Source: Dictyostelium discoideum (taxonomy: Eukaryota). From it: a stretch of 64,000 bases of DNA. The notes beneath the pieces were generated by a model. That model saw only the letters and a list, made by a program, of their open reading frames with translations, had not been told where the DNA came from and did no database searches. The stretch is taken from the NCBI GenBank assembly GCA_000004695.1, contig CM000151.3:2944001-3008000 (forward strand), given 5' to 3'. The stretch's first letter is position 1. The number at the start of each line of letters is the position of its first letter. Shown here in pieces: positions 20,240 to 36,578 of this stretch. The translations under genes and the position numbers were made by a program.

Positions 20240-20373
20240 AAATTTATATTGTACAGAAGTTTAGGGAAAAAAATCACATCGTGAATTAATTTGTTTTTTA
20301 AATTTTTACAAATAATTAAATATATATACTTGGTTTTTTAATTTTTTTTTTTTTTTTCTTTTTTTTTTTATAA

Positions 20374-21274
20374 TCAATTATTTCCTTGACCATTTGTTGA
20401 AGTGGAAATTTGAATATTTTGCATTTCAACAGTCTGTTTTTCTTCATCAGATGATGATAAAGAAGATGAAGATGAACCTTCATCATTATAATTTTGTTGT
20501 AAACCATAATTATTATTTAGATTTTGTTGATTATTTACCATATTTGGATGTCTTTCCAAAGAACATTGCTCCATATCGGAACTACATTGCACATCATCAC
20601 CAGTTGGATGACCACCCATAGTTTTACCAGAAGTACCACGACTTGAACTATATGGTGATGGATTGTTATTGTTTTTATTCTTTTCCAATTTCTTTTGTAC
20701 ATCAGTAAAGTAACCAAAGAATGTGAAAACTGTTAAAATCTTTGCACCAAAATAACGCCACATTAATGGATTATTATAGATAAATGTGACAGATGCCCAA
20801 AAACCATGGGATACACTCAAATAGGTGTGGAGAATATTGAGTGCTGGTGGAAACATATTTAAACCATTTACAATACGATTAACAACTGCAAATACCCAAC
20901 AAACAAGGAAAACTATGATATAGTTGATCAATTTGAATTGGTATGTTAAATGTTTCTCTTTATTATCACTAACACCATTATGAATAACAACATAGGTATA
21001 ACGTGATGTTAAACCAACCAATACTGCTGAAATTGCCCAAATAAATAAGAATGGACCATAGAATAACCCAAATCTATATCCAGTGAAACTTACACCAATC
21101 CAACACCAATTACCAACAAATTGTACTGTATTTTTTGCCAACATAACAATTGTTGAAATTAATGGTAAACCCCAACATAATAAATAATAATATTTTTCAA
21201 ATCTTTCTGGTTCTGGTTCTCTTTTTACAATTAACATATAAATACTAATTGCTAAAAAAAAAAATTTTTAAGAG

Positions 21275-21307
<33 letters not shown>

Positions 21308-21343
21308 AGCACATTTTCAAATAATCTGATCAAATCTTTTTTT

Positions 21344-21383
<40 letters not shown>

Positions 21384-21695
21384 TTTAAACTTACCAAGAC
21401 ATAAAGTCCACAACCAACATGCAAAACTACCATATGTAATTACAATTGCATATAAATAACAAGGGAAACCACCATTGACAGCTGTATTTGTTAAAGTTAA
21501 AATTGTTGAAGGAAAATCTTTACAAAAGGAGGTAGCACAAAAACATGCAATTACTTTTGTAACATGATTACGCAAAAGTTTTAATCTCCAAAAACCAATC
21601 AACACTGCCATACAACCCAACATTGAAGAAAAATCGGCAAATAATAATAAAACCAATGATGTTTCATTGGCTGGATTTCCATCTAAAAGACCCAT
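20374..21695 (-). CDS. carA: cAMP receptor 1 (cAR1), 7-TM GPCR, 392 aa; complement(join(20374..21251,21395..21695))
   Basis: The translation [39 protein letters not shown]...TLCL|[31 protein letters not shown]...[12 protein letters not shown] matches cAR1 over its full length as recalled from memory. A single 143-nt intron (GTAAGT..TTTTTTAG) splits codon gca (Ala101). Length is 392 aa. Confidence 0.97.
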
Positions 21696-22158
21696 TTTAT
21701 TTTTTTATTTATATATATATATGTGTGAAAAATCTAGATAGTTTATGTATGTGATTGTATTTTAAATAATTTTTTTTTTTTTTTTTTTATTGTATTAATA
21801 CAAATTATTTTTTTAAATTTAGCGTTCTATAATTATTTGAAAATAAAAGAAAAGAGAGGAAAAAAAAAAATAATAATAAAAAATATGTGTAAAAAAAAAA
21901 ATAAGAAAAAAAAAAAAATAATATAATATAAAATAAAGAAAATAAAAATAAAAAAAAAAAAATAGATTAATATTTTGTAAATTGTGATTGAAAAAAAAAT
22001 TTTATTTTATTTTTTTCAATTTTTTTTTATTTTAATTGATTAATCACCTTTCAATCTCGATTGATTGAAAAAAAAATAAAAAAAAATTGGATAATCTACA
22101 AAAGTTTTTATTTTTTTTTGAAAGTTTGAGACCAAAGTTTTTTATAATAAACAATATA

Positions 22159-22194
<36 letters not shown>

Positions 22195-22559
22195 TAATAA
22201 TTTGGTTGTTTAGAATTTTATATAATGTGGAGTGTAGTGGTGGTGAACGAAGATGAAAGAAGGGGTGATTTTTTATTTATATTGTAAATAAATTTTTTTA
22301 TTCGATATAAAATGGTTTTAATTAATTTAAATTAATATCAAACAATAAAAAAAAAAAAAAAAAATTATGTAATATAAAAAAATAAAAAAAAAAAAAAAAA
22401 ATTAAAATTAAAAAAAAATTAAAAAAATAATTAATTAAAAAATATTTAATAAAATAATTTAAAAACCATAGTATCACAATTATTATTGAATCAAATAAAT
22501 TGAATCTTGGTAGTTAAAAAAAAAAGCCCACTTTTGATGTGTGGTTTGTAGTGGTAAAT

Positions 22560-22595
22560 TATTTGTGTGTTTAAATATTATTGTGTGAGTGGTGT
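22560..22595 (+). promoter_or_regulatory. G/T-rich element (GTGTGTTT...GTGTGAGTGGTGTGGGTG) about 0.9 kb upstream of the carA ATG; candidate G-box/CA-rich-type regulatory element
   Basis: A G-rich island in an otherwise more than 85% AT intergenic region, on the carA 5' side (carA is on the minus strand). Confidence 0.3.
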
Positions 22596-23655
22596 GGGTG
22601 AAAAAAAAAAAAATCCACATTCAAAAAAAAAAAACTTCAAGTGTGTTATTATTATTTTTATTATTATTATTATTATTAATTTAAATCAATTATAATTGAT
22701 ATTTATAGAACCACCCTAAGAAAAAAAAAATTTTATAATCTTTTTTTTTCTTTTTTTTTTCTATAATTTTTAGGGGTATATATATGAACAGGATGTTTTA
22801 TATCTGAGATATGGATATAACCGACAATAAACAAATAATAAATTTTTTTGAAAACAATTTAACAACATAAAAAACAACATACAAAAAAAAAAAAAACCTC
22901 CTTTGAATTGTTATTATTATTATTATTATTATTTATTTTTTTTTATTTTTTATTTTTTTATTGATTATTAAATACAAAAGAATACAAAAGAATCAAAGAA
23001 AAAAATTATTAAAGTGCAACATTTATGATGACGGTTTATAATTATTTGTTATCTCGAATTTTTGATTCTATTTATTAATAATATTAATTACCTTAAATTT
23101 ATTCGATTTATCGTTTTGATTTGATATTAGAGAGAGAGAGAGAGATAAAGTTTTAATTATATTATTATAAAAAGGATTAATTTTTATATTATTTTTTTTA
23201 TAATAAATTTAAATTTTAATTTTAATTTTATTAATTTAGCCTATTGGAAATAATTTGAACCTTTTTATTTTAAATTAAACTTTAATGATAATAATTATTA
23301 AAAAAAAAAAAAAAAAAATTATTTATTTAAAAAAAAAAAAAATAAAAAAAAAAAAAATAAAAAAAAATGATTAAAAAAAAAAGTATTTTTAAAAAAATTT
23401 ATTTTTAAATGTGAATCAAGCTCGAATCTCCATCATAAAATAAAAGGTTAGTAAAAAAAATGAAAATAAAAAAACATATTATATCATTTTGATTGCTGGG
23501 CAAATTAATCATTAGTTCTAAGATTTTTTTTTTTTTTTTTTTTTTTTTAATTTTTAAAAAAAAAAAAAAAAATGTTGTAAGAGCATTACCGTTTCACAAA
23601 ATGAAAAGACACAAAATTGAAATTAAAAATATACAGTGAAATGATTTAGTGAGTA

Positions 23656-23690
<35 letters not shown>

Positions 23691-24487
23691 GTTTAAATTA
23701 TTATAATTTTGTGTGTTTTTAAATAAATAAATTATATTTTTTTTTTTTTTTTAAGTGTCGAATTATTTTCTATTAATATCATCGATAGTGTTGAATGTGG
23801 GTTTATGATCACCCCTCAAACTTTGAAAAAAAAGACTTTTTTTATTTTTTTATTTTTTTTATTTTTTTTTTTATTTTTTTTGAATTTTGATCATTTGTGT
23901 TGATTGATTAATTTTTTTTTTTTTAACTTTTTGATTAAAAAAAAAAATCTTTACTACTCGCTTGATGGTTCCCAGCATCTTTTCATTTTTTACACTCCTA
24001 TAGGTCAAAAAGTCTATAAAAAAAAAATAAAAAAAAAAAAATAAAAAAAAATAAAAAAAAAAAAAAAAAAAAAAAAAAATTAAAAAGAAAAAATAAAATA
24101 AAATAAATAAACAAAGAGTTTTTTTCTAAAGCAAAACATACATTCATTTATTAATTAATAAATAAACTAATTATAATTATTATTATTATTTTAATTTTTT
24201 TTACTTTTAATTTTTTTTTTTTTTTTTATAAAATTTAATTTTTAAAGATTTTAACAAAATACAAAATTTTTGAATAAAACAGTGTAGTGATCTAAAAAAA
24301 GGGGCTTTTTGTTGAATTGATTAATCTATCCTTTTAAATCAGTTACAGTAGTTTGGAAATAATTAAAAATAATATTTTTTTATTTTTGACTATAGATTAA
24401 AAAAAAGGATCACAATTTCCAGATTTTTTTAAATTGTAAAAAACATGTGATTTTGATATAGTATTGAATGTCACATCTATTTTTACA

Positions 24488-24526
<39 letters not shown>

Positions 24527-24958
24527 TTTTGGGGTTTTCAGAAGTTGTTTATTAAAAAAAGAATAGAAATTAAAAAAAAAAATAATAATAAAATAAAAAT
24601 AAAAATTTAAAACATTAAATTAATAATAAATTATTAATTCTATAGAATTTTAAATTAAACAAACCACACCAAAGGCTTATTTTTTTTTTTTTTTTATTAA
24701 AAAATTTAAAAAAAAAAAAAAAAAAAGTGAAGGATAAAATTTTTTTTAAAAAATATTATTTTTATATTATTATTATTTATATTTATATTTAAAAGTATCT
24801 TCATAATAAAACTTTTTTTTTTTTTCACACAAAAAATTAATTTCTACCATTTTTTTAGTGGGGCAAAAAAGTTGATTAAAAGATATTTCATTCAGGGTAA
24901 TAGTTTAGAAAATATCAAAATAACCTCGAATCATAGGCACCCGAATTCCGGGCTTGGA

Positions 24959-24983
<25 letters not shown>

Positions 24984-24989
<6 letters not shown>

Positions 24990-25112
24990 TATCAAATAAT
25001 TTTAAAAAAAAGAAAAAAAGAAAAAATCCAATCAAATAATTTTAAAAAAAAAAAAATCCAATCAAATAATTTTTTAAAAAAAAAAAAAAAAAAAAATCTA
25101 ATCAAATAATTA
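24984..25112 (+). repeat. array of 4 direct repeats of a 17-20-nt core AAATC(C/T)(A/T)ATCAAATAATT(T), spaced 30-40 bp, embedded in poly-A
   Basis: Copies at 24984-25003, 25024-25043, 25054-25073 and 25094-25112, read directly. Located in the 3' flank of the kinase gene and about 3.3 kb upstream of carA. Confidence 0.85.
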
Positions 25113-25376
25113 TTTTTCAAAATAGAAAATTAATTATTTTTTTTATTATTTATTACATAAAAACCATTTAATACAATTAATATATTATTTTTTGTTTCAA
25201 TTTTTTTTTTTTATTTTTTTTTTATTTTTTTTTTTTATTTATTTATTATTTATTTATTTGTTTATTTATTTGTTTATTTATTTATTTACTTATTAATATA
25301 AATATTTTTGGTAAATTAGTATGATAGATGGTGATTATAAAGTATTTAATTGGTGTAGTGTATGTAATCAATTGAT

Positions 25377-27620
25377 TTATTCTTGATTCTTTGGAAGTGG
25401 AACAATTAAATTATTCCAAGTTTGAATGTTGCTTCTATATTCATTTTCAATGGTAACCAATCTACTTAAAATATCGGTACAAGTTGGTCTATTTTCGAGA
25501 TTTGGATCCCAGCAATCTTGAATCAATGAAACCAATGACTCTGGACATGCATTTGGTATTGTTGGTCTAAGGTTTTTCTTTGCTGTTTGAATAATAATTT
25601 GGAAATCATGTTGTAAATTCTAAAATAATAAAAATAAAAAGAGTTAGAAATATATTTTTTTAAAAAAAAAAAAATTAAATTTTTAAAAATACAAACCTTA
25701 TATTCTGAAAAAGGTCTTTCATATCTACCATTTATACATCTTGTGACCAATTCCCATAGGATAACAGCGATTGAGTAAACATCAGATTTACCAGAGAATT
25801 GTTCACCATAATAAACTTCTGGAGCACAATAAGCAAAGGTACCTCTCATTTTTACCAATGTTTCTAAATTTGATCCTGTATTGAAACGACTTAAACCAAA
25901 ATCACAAACCTTTATTTCCCATTTATCATTTACCAATAAATTTAAACTCTTTAAATCTCTATGAACGATTGGTGGATCCCATTTATGTAAACATTCAATA
26001 CCTCTAACTGTTTCAATTGCAAATCTAAATGTTCTTTCCCATCCAATATCCAATGAATTATTATCCATAACATGATATAAACTACCTCTTGAACAATTTT
26101 CCATTACCATACATAATTTTGGTTCCAATACTGCACCATAAAAATGTACAACATGTTTCGATCTTATGGCACTATAAAAATTAAAAAAAAAAAAAAAATA
26201 ATAAAATTTTAGTTAATATACATATATATTTCTTTTTTTCATTTTCATTTTCATTTTTTTTTTTTTTTTTTTTTTCAAAAAATAATAATAATAAATATAA
26301 AATTAAATGCTTACCTCATAATTTGGAATTCTTTTTTAAATTCTTCAATTTCTTTTGATTCAGTCATTGATTTTAATACTTTAATTGCAACTTCTTTACC
26401 TCTATATAAACCTTTATAAACTTTACCAGAACTACCAGCACCCAATTTCTCAGTATACTCCAACTCATTATCATTAATAATATTTACTTCACCAACATGT
26501 CTTAGTGTATGTAATGAATGTCTAAGTCCACTAATATCTGGTGTATCTGGTGGTGTTGGATCTTCTTCTATTATAAGTTCTGGTGTTTTTGGTTTTTTTG
26601 TTTGTTCATCTAATAATAATTAATGATAAAAATAATAATAATAATTAATAATAATAATAATATTAGTAAATAAATAAATATTTTAAAAAATAAATAAATA
26701 AATAAATAATACATACTTGCTAAATTTGAAGTTTCTTTTAAAATTCTTAATCTTGTACCAGTAGAAGTAATACCCATTTTATTTAAAATATCTTCACTCA
26801 TTTCACCCAATTCATCTAAAAACATTTCTTCCTTTAAAAAAGCATCTTTGTATTGTTCGAAACCATGTTTTTGTAACCAATCAAAGAGATCTTTATACTT
26901 TTTGATACGAGCAGTCATATCCTTGTTACCCTCTTCAACGGCCAATTGATAAGGAGTTTTTCTCTCTTTTGTACCAACACAATCAACATCAGCACCAGCC
27001 TTCAAAAGTACAGACACTAAATCCTCACGACCTAAACGTACGGCATAGTGAAGTGGTGATTCTTGAAATTGAGTTGCCAAATTAACGTTGGCACCATTTT
27101 TCAATAAGAGACCAACCATCATAAGACGTACTGAATTGTTAAAGATTGCCTTGTGTAACGGTGTTTCACCATTCTTATTTTGAGCATTCACATTGACACC
27201 CTTTTGAATGAATAGTTGAAATGGTTCTTGACAATTTGGTGATCTAAATTTCTGGCAAAAGTAGTGAATTGGTGTGTTTAAATCATCGTTTTGTACATCT
27301 ACATTAATGTTTTCATATTGTAATACCCTCATCAATATCCTATCATCACTACTCACTGCTTGATGTAATGCTGAAAATCCATTCTTGTCAAAGGTATTTA
27401 TATCTGCCTTTAATGTTACACATAAACTCAACAAGAGTTCCACCATCTCTTCATTATTATTCTTTAATGCTATAGTTAATGCTGATTGTCCATATTGATC
27501 AAATGATGTTAAATTACTTTTACTAATCTTTTTTTTACTTGATAATTTCTTAACTTTTGTAACATCATTTTGTTCAACTGCACTAAATAATTGATGTTGT
27601 TGTTGTTGAGTTGATGACAT
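25377..27620 (-). CDS. ankyrin-repeat plus SAM-domain TKL-type protein kinase, about 638 aa; complement(join(25377..25619,25697..26171,26315..26609,26717..27620))
   Basis: Exon 1 has ANK repeats (GETPLHKA..., SPLHYAVRLGREDLVSVLLKAGADV) and a SAM domain (DLFDWLQKHGFEQYKDAFLKEEMFLDELGEMSEDILNKMGIT). Exon 2 carries the kinase glycine loop LGAGSSGKVYKG and VAIKVL. Exon 3 carries HRDLKSLNLLV, DFGLS and APE. Exon 4 ends ...LPKNQE*. Introns are GTATGT/GTAAGC/GTTTGT...AG and phase-consistent. Confidence 0.85.
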
Positions 27621-27927
27621 TGTATTTTTATTATTAATATTTAATTTTTATTTTTTTTATTTTTTTTTTATTTAATTTTATGTGTGTGTTTTTAATATAT
27701 ATATATTTTTTTTTTTTTGTAATACAAACTGAAGTTTTTTTTTTTTTTTTTTTTTTAATCTTTCTTTAAAAAAAAAAAAGTGAATTATATAATGTACAGG
27801 GATATGTAAAAAAAAAAAAAAAAATATATAAAAAAAAACAAATAAATAAAAATATTGAAAAAAAAAAAATAATAATAATATTGATATTATACGCAAACAA
27901 TTAAATTTATCCTGAAAAAAAAAATCT

Positions 27928-27959
<32 letters not shown>

Positions 27960-28199
27960 AATTTTTTTTTTTTTAAAAAAAAAAAAAAAATAAATAAAAA
28001 AAATAAAAAAAAAATATTGAAGGTACAATAAACTTTGGATTGTTGGAAAAAAAAAAAAAAAATAATAATAATAATGATTAAAATAAAAATAATTTTTCTT
28101 TAAGTTGTTTTAATGTTATGTGATTAAAAAAATAATAATAATGATTAAAATAAAAATAAAAAATAAAAATAATAAAAATAATAAAAAAAAAACCCACAT

Positions 28200-28233
<34 letters not shown>

Positions 28234-28718
28234 CCATCAAAAAAAAAAAAAACTTTAATTGAATATATTATTATATATACCGTTGACCAAGATTCTTCTC
28301 TCTCTTAGCTGTGGTTAATCATGCTCTTGGTTGGGCTCTCACAGCTAATATTCATTTTATTCGATTACAAACAAATTAAAAATATAATAGTCATAACAAT
28401 AAAAAACTTTAATTGAATATAATATATATATATATAACGAATTTCTATATTAAAATAATTTTATTTTATTTATTTTTTAATTTTTTTTTTTTTTTTTTGA
28501 TTTTTTTGATTTATTTTATTTTTGTTTTTATAATTGTTTTTATATTTATTTTATTTTAATTTTATACTTGAATGTTTTTTAAACATTATATATATATAAT
28601 TTGGGCTTTTTCATAGAAACTTATATTAATTTAGTCAAAAATGATTTAAAATTTCTAATAATAGTAAATATGAATCCATTTTTTTTATTTTTAATTTTAT
28701 TTTTTATTTTTAATTTTT

Positions 28719-28759
<41 letters not shown>

Positions 28760-28871
28760 TTCAAAAATTTCGCTGACACCATAAAAATTTTTTTATTTTT
28801 TAATTTAAATTAATTTCGAAAACAAGTTTTGGAAAAAACATATATTTATAGATATTAAAAAATTCTAAAAA

Positions 28872-31587
<2,716 letters not shown>

Positions 31588-31859
31588 AAAAAATAAAATA
31601 AAATAAAAATAAACAAAAAAAAAGATAAAATAAAACAAAGTATAATAATACTAATAGTAATAATAATAATAATAATAATGATAAAAACTAAATTATTATT
31701 ATTTATATTTTATCAAAATAATTTTAATATAAAAAATAAAATATTTTTAATTCTTTTTTATTTATATCTTTTTTTTTTTATTTTTTTTTTTTATTTAAAT
31801 AATTAAACTATATTTGTTTTTTTTTTAGTACAAAGTTTTTATAAATTAATATCGAGAAT

Positions 31860-31967
31860 TTAAAATAATAAACTAATAATGAAGATAGCAATTAAAATAA
31901 CAGAGGAATTTACAATTAATTTTGAGGTTGAACTGTAAAATTCTTCATCTTGTTGAAATTCTTCTTC

Positions 31968-32005
<38 letters not shown>

Positions 32006-33092
32006 GATTATTATTTTTACTTAATAATTTATAATCCCAAAACCAATTCCAATTTCTTTGTGGTGGATATGTTGCTTTTGGAGTACTAGTTTCAAATTTA
32101 ATAGCAATTTCAGTTTGACTTGGATTTTCTAAACCTAGATTTACATTTAAAGATACAGAGGAGCTAATTGACCATCCTAAACATGTTGTATCTTTACTAA
32201 CTTGAAGATAACCAGTATCTGGATATCTAATGGTTGAATCATTGCTTGTAGTACCTTGGAAATAATATTTTTGACATGCTACGGTATAGGTCGATGGGGT
32301 ATAGGTATAAGCGGCATATGATGGATTACCATAGGTTAATTCCATTGGTAACTTTGAATCAGCACTACCAATTGAACCTACAAAAACAATTGACATTGTT
32401 GAAATGGTTTGAGTTTCACTATAAACCATAGCAATGAATTTTGGAATTGTTGCAGATGGATAAAAAGTATGATAACCAGAATAAATTGGATTGGTTGGTA
32501 AATTTGAAGAACTTGTAAAATCTTGAGTCCAATAAGTATTATAGGTTGACGATGATGTGTAATAATAACCAACACCTAAAATTTGATAATCTTCACCCAT
32601 GATATTCTTTCTGTGACCATCTTGACCACTACCATCTGGTGTACATACTTTATTTCCACTTGGTGAATCACAAATTAATTGATTATTTGTGCTGATTCCA
32701 TCTTTATTTCCAGCTGCAATATTTTCAGCCCATGTACCTTCAGTAGACCACTTGTTAAATCTTTGACCAATTGATGTACCATTACAATCACTATGACTAA
32801 AACAATTCTTTAATGACATATCAAATGAGTGAGCTTTTGACATACGATTTAATAAATTATCCATATAAAGTGGTGGAACGGCTGAATATGAACTTAACAC
32901 TGATGATAAACCAGAATAACCATTCATAAATGATGTCTTGTATTGAACTGGAAACATTCTTGCCAAGTTAATCAAATTATGTGATTCTCTTTCAAGTGAA
33001 CATGGATTACCTTGAGAATCTGATTCACCATATGAATTAACATTTGAACTTTTTAAAATTAATACAATTAAAATTGATAATAATAATTTCAT
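31860..33092 (-). CDS. secreted or GPI-anchored-type Ser/Thr/Tyr-rich glycoprotein (signal peptide, C-terminal hydrophobic tail), 410 aa, single exon
   Basis: Continuous ORF starting MKLLLSILIVLILKSSNVNS (signal peptide), with many Cys and N-x-S/T sites, a poly-Q then acidic stretch, and a terminal hydrophobic segment VILIAIFIISLLF*. No intron is needed. Confidence 0.7.
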
Positions 33093-34252
33093 TTTATTGT
33101 TTTTTTTTTTTTAATTGTTATATATATATATTTATAATTTAATTTTTTTTAATTTATATTAATATTTTTAAATTTCTTAATTTATTAATTTACTTTTTTT
33201 ATTTATATATTTGATTATTTGATTATTTGTTTTTGAATGAAATAAATGATTTTTGAATTTTTTTTATTTATACTTTTTTTTTTTAAATTATAATTTTTTT
33301 TTTTTTTTTTTTGATTGGAAAATCTTGGTATTTATAATAAAGCCATTTAATTTATTTTTTTTTTATTTATTCAAATAAAAAAAATAAACGAGTGATTAAA
33401 AAAATAAACAGCAAATTATAGGTTTATCATAATTCATTCTTGAAAAAAAAAAAGTTATTTTGGGTAGGTAAAAAAAAAAATATAAATTGATACATTCTTT
33501 AAATCCAAAAACCTTTTTGATGGTTTTGGCAATATAAAAAATTGTGGAAAATTATTTTGTTAATTTTATTTTTTTAATATTCTTATTTTTTTTTGTAAAA
33601 AAAAAAACCTACCCTCTATAACAGATTATTTTTTTATTTTTTTTTTTTTAATTATGTAATTATTATTATTTTTTTTTTATTTTTTTTTTTTTTTTTTTGT
33701 GGTTAATTCAGATTCAACTTTTATGTACATAGATAATTTTTTGAGTAGGAACAATTATAGAATTAACTACTTGGTTTTTACAAAAAAAAAAAAAAAAAAA
33801 AAAAATAAAAATATAAAAAAGAAAAAAATAAACCACAAATTTTTAGTGACATATATATTAATTTATTTGAAACTATAATTTTGAATTTCATTTTAATAAT
33901 CAACACAAAACTTTTCGTTAATATACTAAAAATTTGCACATAAAATTAAAAAAAAAAAAAAAAATTAAAAAAAAATTAAATATAAAAAAAAAAATAAAAA
34001 AGATTTAAAAAATAAAAATGACTAAAAATAAATTTGATTAAAAAATGGAATATCTTTGTATGGATGGTTTAAAAATAAAAATTTTTTTTTTTTTTTTTTT
34101 ATTAAATTAATTTTTAATTTTTTAGGAATTGTTTAAATTTATTTTATTTTTTTTTTTTTTTTTTTTTTTTTTTTGAAAATTTTTTTTTTTTTTTTTTTTT
34201 TTATTTATTTTTATTTTTATCATAATATCAAGCAAATTAAAAAAAAAGCACA

Positions 34253-34972
34253 ATGTCATCTTCAAACAATATCTATCATATTTTAGATGATCTTGTAAAG
34301 ATGGTAATTCGTGCTTTTTACCCCGATGAATATGCTGTTATTATTGATGGTCTTTTAAGAGAAAAGAAACGGTATATATTTCTAATTCTTTTTTTCTCTT
34401 TTATTATTATCTTTATAGAATTTATAATAATTATTATAAATATTAATAATAAATCACTATTTTTATTTACATTACTAATAATATTTTTTTTTTTCCTTTT
34501 TTTTACTAACTTTATTATAATATACCAATTAAAAATATATTTTCAAATAAAAAATAATAATAATAATAATAAAAATAAAAAACAATAATAAAAATAAAAA
34601 ACAATAACAAAAATAAAAAATAATAATAATAATAATAATAAAATAAATAATAGTATTAAAGATGAAGATTTAGCATTAAGACTTCGTATTCAACAAAAAT
34701 ATGTAAGAAAGATATTAATGGATCTTAAAGGTGATTCAATGGTAAAGAGTTCAGATGTAAAAGTAGAAGCAAAAGGACCAAATGAAAGAGGTAGTACCCA
34801 TCTACTTTGGTATATAGATTATAAACATATCATTGATATTGTAAAATATAAATTATACATGTTTAGAAAGAAGATGGAATCTGTAAAAGTTCAAAAAATT
34901 GACGTTCAAACTTATAAATGTCAAACATGTCATAAAGTGTACACATTTTTTTTATTTATATTCCCATCTTTA

Positions 34973-35061
<89 letters not shown>

Positions 35062-35684
35062 TAATAACTATTATTATTATTATCATCATCATTACTAATT
35101 TCAAACTCTTAAATAATAATTAGATATACAGCATTAGATATTCCAAAATTATTAAATATGGACACTGGTGCATTGGCATGCGAAATTTGCGATGGCGAAT
35201 TAGAAGAGGAATTAAATAATGAATCATTAACACAAACTGCTAAACATCAATCTGATTTGTTTAGTCAATTAAGAAAAATTATTGAACAATTAAAGAAAAC
35301 TGAAGGTCATAATATACCTTTGTATGTTTTTTCTTTTTTTTCTTTTTCTTTTTTTTTTTTTTTTTTTTTCTTTTCTTTTTTTAAAAAAACAAAACAAATA
35401 TAAATATTAATACATCCCTTTTATTTATTATTAAATAGATTTGCAAGAGATTTAGCAGATTTATCAGCAGATCAAGGTCCATCTTATACAATTAATACCA
35501 ATTCATCATTAGGTATGGGTCCAAAACCATCTGCATTTCCTGTTGCACAAGGTGCTGCAACTTCTCATCATATAGATCCAACAAATGAAAATATAGAATT
35601 TCATGTTGATATTTTAGATACTGATGGTATAGAAATTAATAAAGCAGTAGTTAAAAAAGAAAAGTATATATTAAAAAATTTTAA

Positions 35685-35726
<42 letters not shown>

Positions 35727-36341
35727 AAATAATTAAATTTTAAACATTTTTTTTTATTTTTTATCTTCCTCCTTCCGAAACCAATAATTTAATTTAGTAA
35801 AAAAACAGGATTAGCATCACTTCCACCTTGGTTATTGCCAAGTAATTCATTTAAAAATAGAAATGTTAAGTCGAATTCAATCTTGAACAATAATCAACAA
35901 ACTCAAACCTCAACCAACGAACAACCTACTGCTGTTAAAGAACAAATTAAAATTGATCAAGATTTTTATATAAATTATATTAAAACTCATTATCAAGAAT
36001 GGGAGAGTGCTCCTGATAGTGGTGATGCTGATGGTAATGGTAGTAATAGTGGTAGTGGTGGTTCAACCATTGAAGGTAATGATGGTGGTAATGGTGAACA
36101 TCAAAATAAAAAAATGAAATTGGATGATTCACAAACCGTTTCTTCAATGTCACAATCGGATGATGATGGTAAAGATATTTTAGTTAGAGTCGGTGATAAC
36201 TTAATACCAATCACCAAAATCACAGAACATGACCAAGAGTTAATGTCTAATCAAGAATATGAAGATTATAGTCATGCACTCTATTCATATGCTTCCAAAA
36301 ATGTTTTCGATCATCAATATCAAAGTTTAATGTCAAATTAA
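34253..36341 (+). CDS. general transcription factor IIE subunit alpha (TFIIE-alpha), about 456 aa; join(34253..34371,34654..34938,35124..35321,35439..35663,35798..36341)
   Basis: It has a winged-helix N-terminus (YPDEYAVIIDGLLREKKR|IKDEDLALRLRIQQKYVRKILMDLK) and the TFIIE zinc ribbon YKCQTCHKVYTALD...ALACEICDGEL rebuilt across intron 2, plus an acidic Ser/Asp-rich C-terminus. Five phase-consistent exons. The intron-2 donor is non-consensus (GTACAC), and that intron contains (AAT)n. Confidence 0.8.
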
Positions 36342-36578
36342 TTTAATCTAATTTTTTTTTTTCCTTTTTTTTTTTTTTTTTCTTTTTCTTTTTTTTTTTT
36401 TTTAATCCTTTAAACTAAACTTGTAAATAATTATAAATAAACTTTAAAAAATAAAATAAAATAAAATAAACCAATAAAATTAATGAAAATAATACTTTTT
36501 TTTTTTATTTACATAGAAATTTTTTATTTCTTTTATACAAAATACTTTATTTATAAAGTTTTTTTTTTTTTTTTTTTT

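Noticed and set aside
24896-24960. GC-rich patch considered as a possible tRNA or tRNA fragment
   Set aside because: It has no A-box (TRGCNNAGTGG) or B-box (GGTTCGANTCC). Across the whole window I found no B-box-like sequence on either strand, so I call no tRNA genes.
24984-25112. Regularly spaced direct repeats considered as CRISPR-like
   Set aside because: This is a eukaryotic nuclear context. The repeats are 17-20 nt with 10-20 nt A-rich 'spacers' and there is no cas context. I treat it as a cis-regulatory or minisatellite array instead.
17762-26128. ORF-track start coordinates implying non-ATG (GTG/TTG) initiation (for example 18757, 26128, 54418, 61930)
   Set aside because: The track seems to use a bacterial-style start set. 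In each case the 'M' is an internal codon of an exon reached by splicing, or an upstream extension beyond the first real ATG. I re-anchored starts to ATG codons or splice acceptors.
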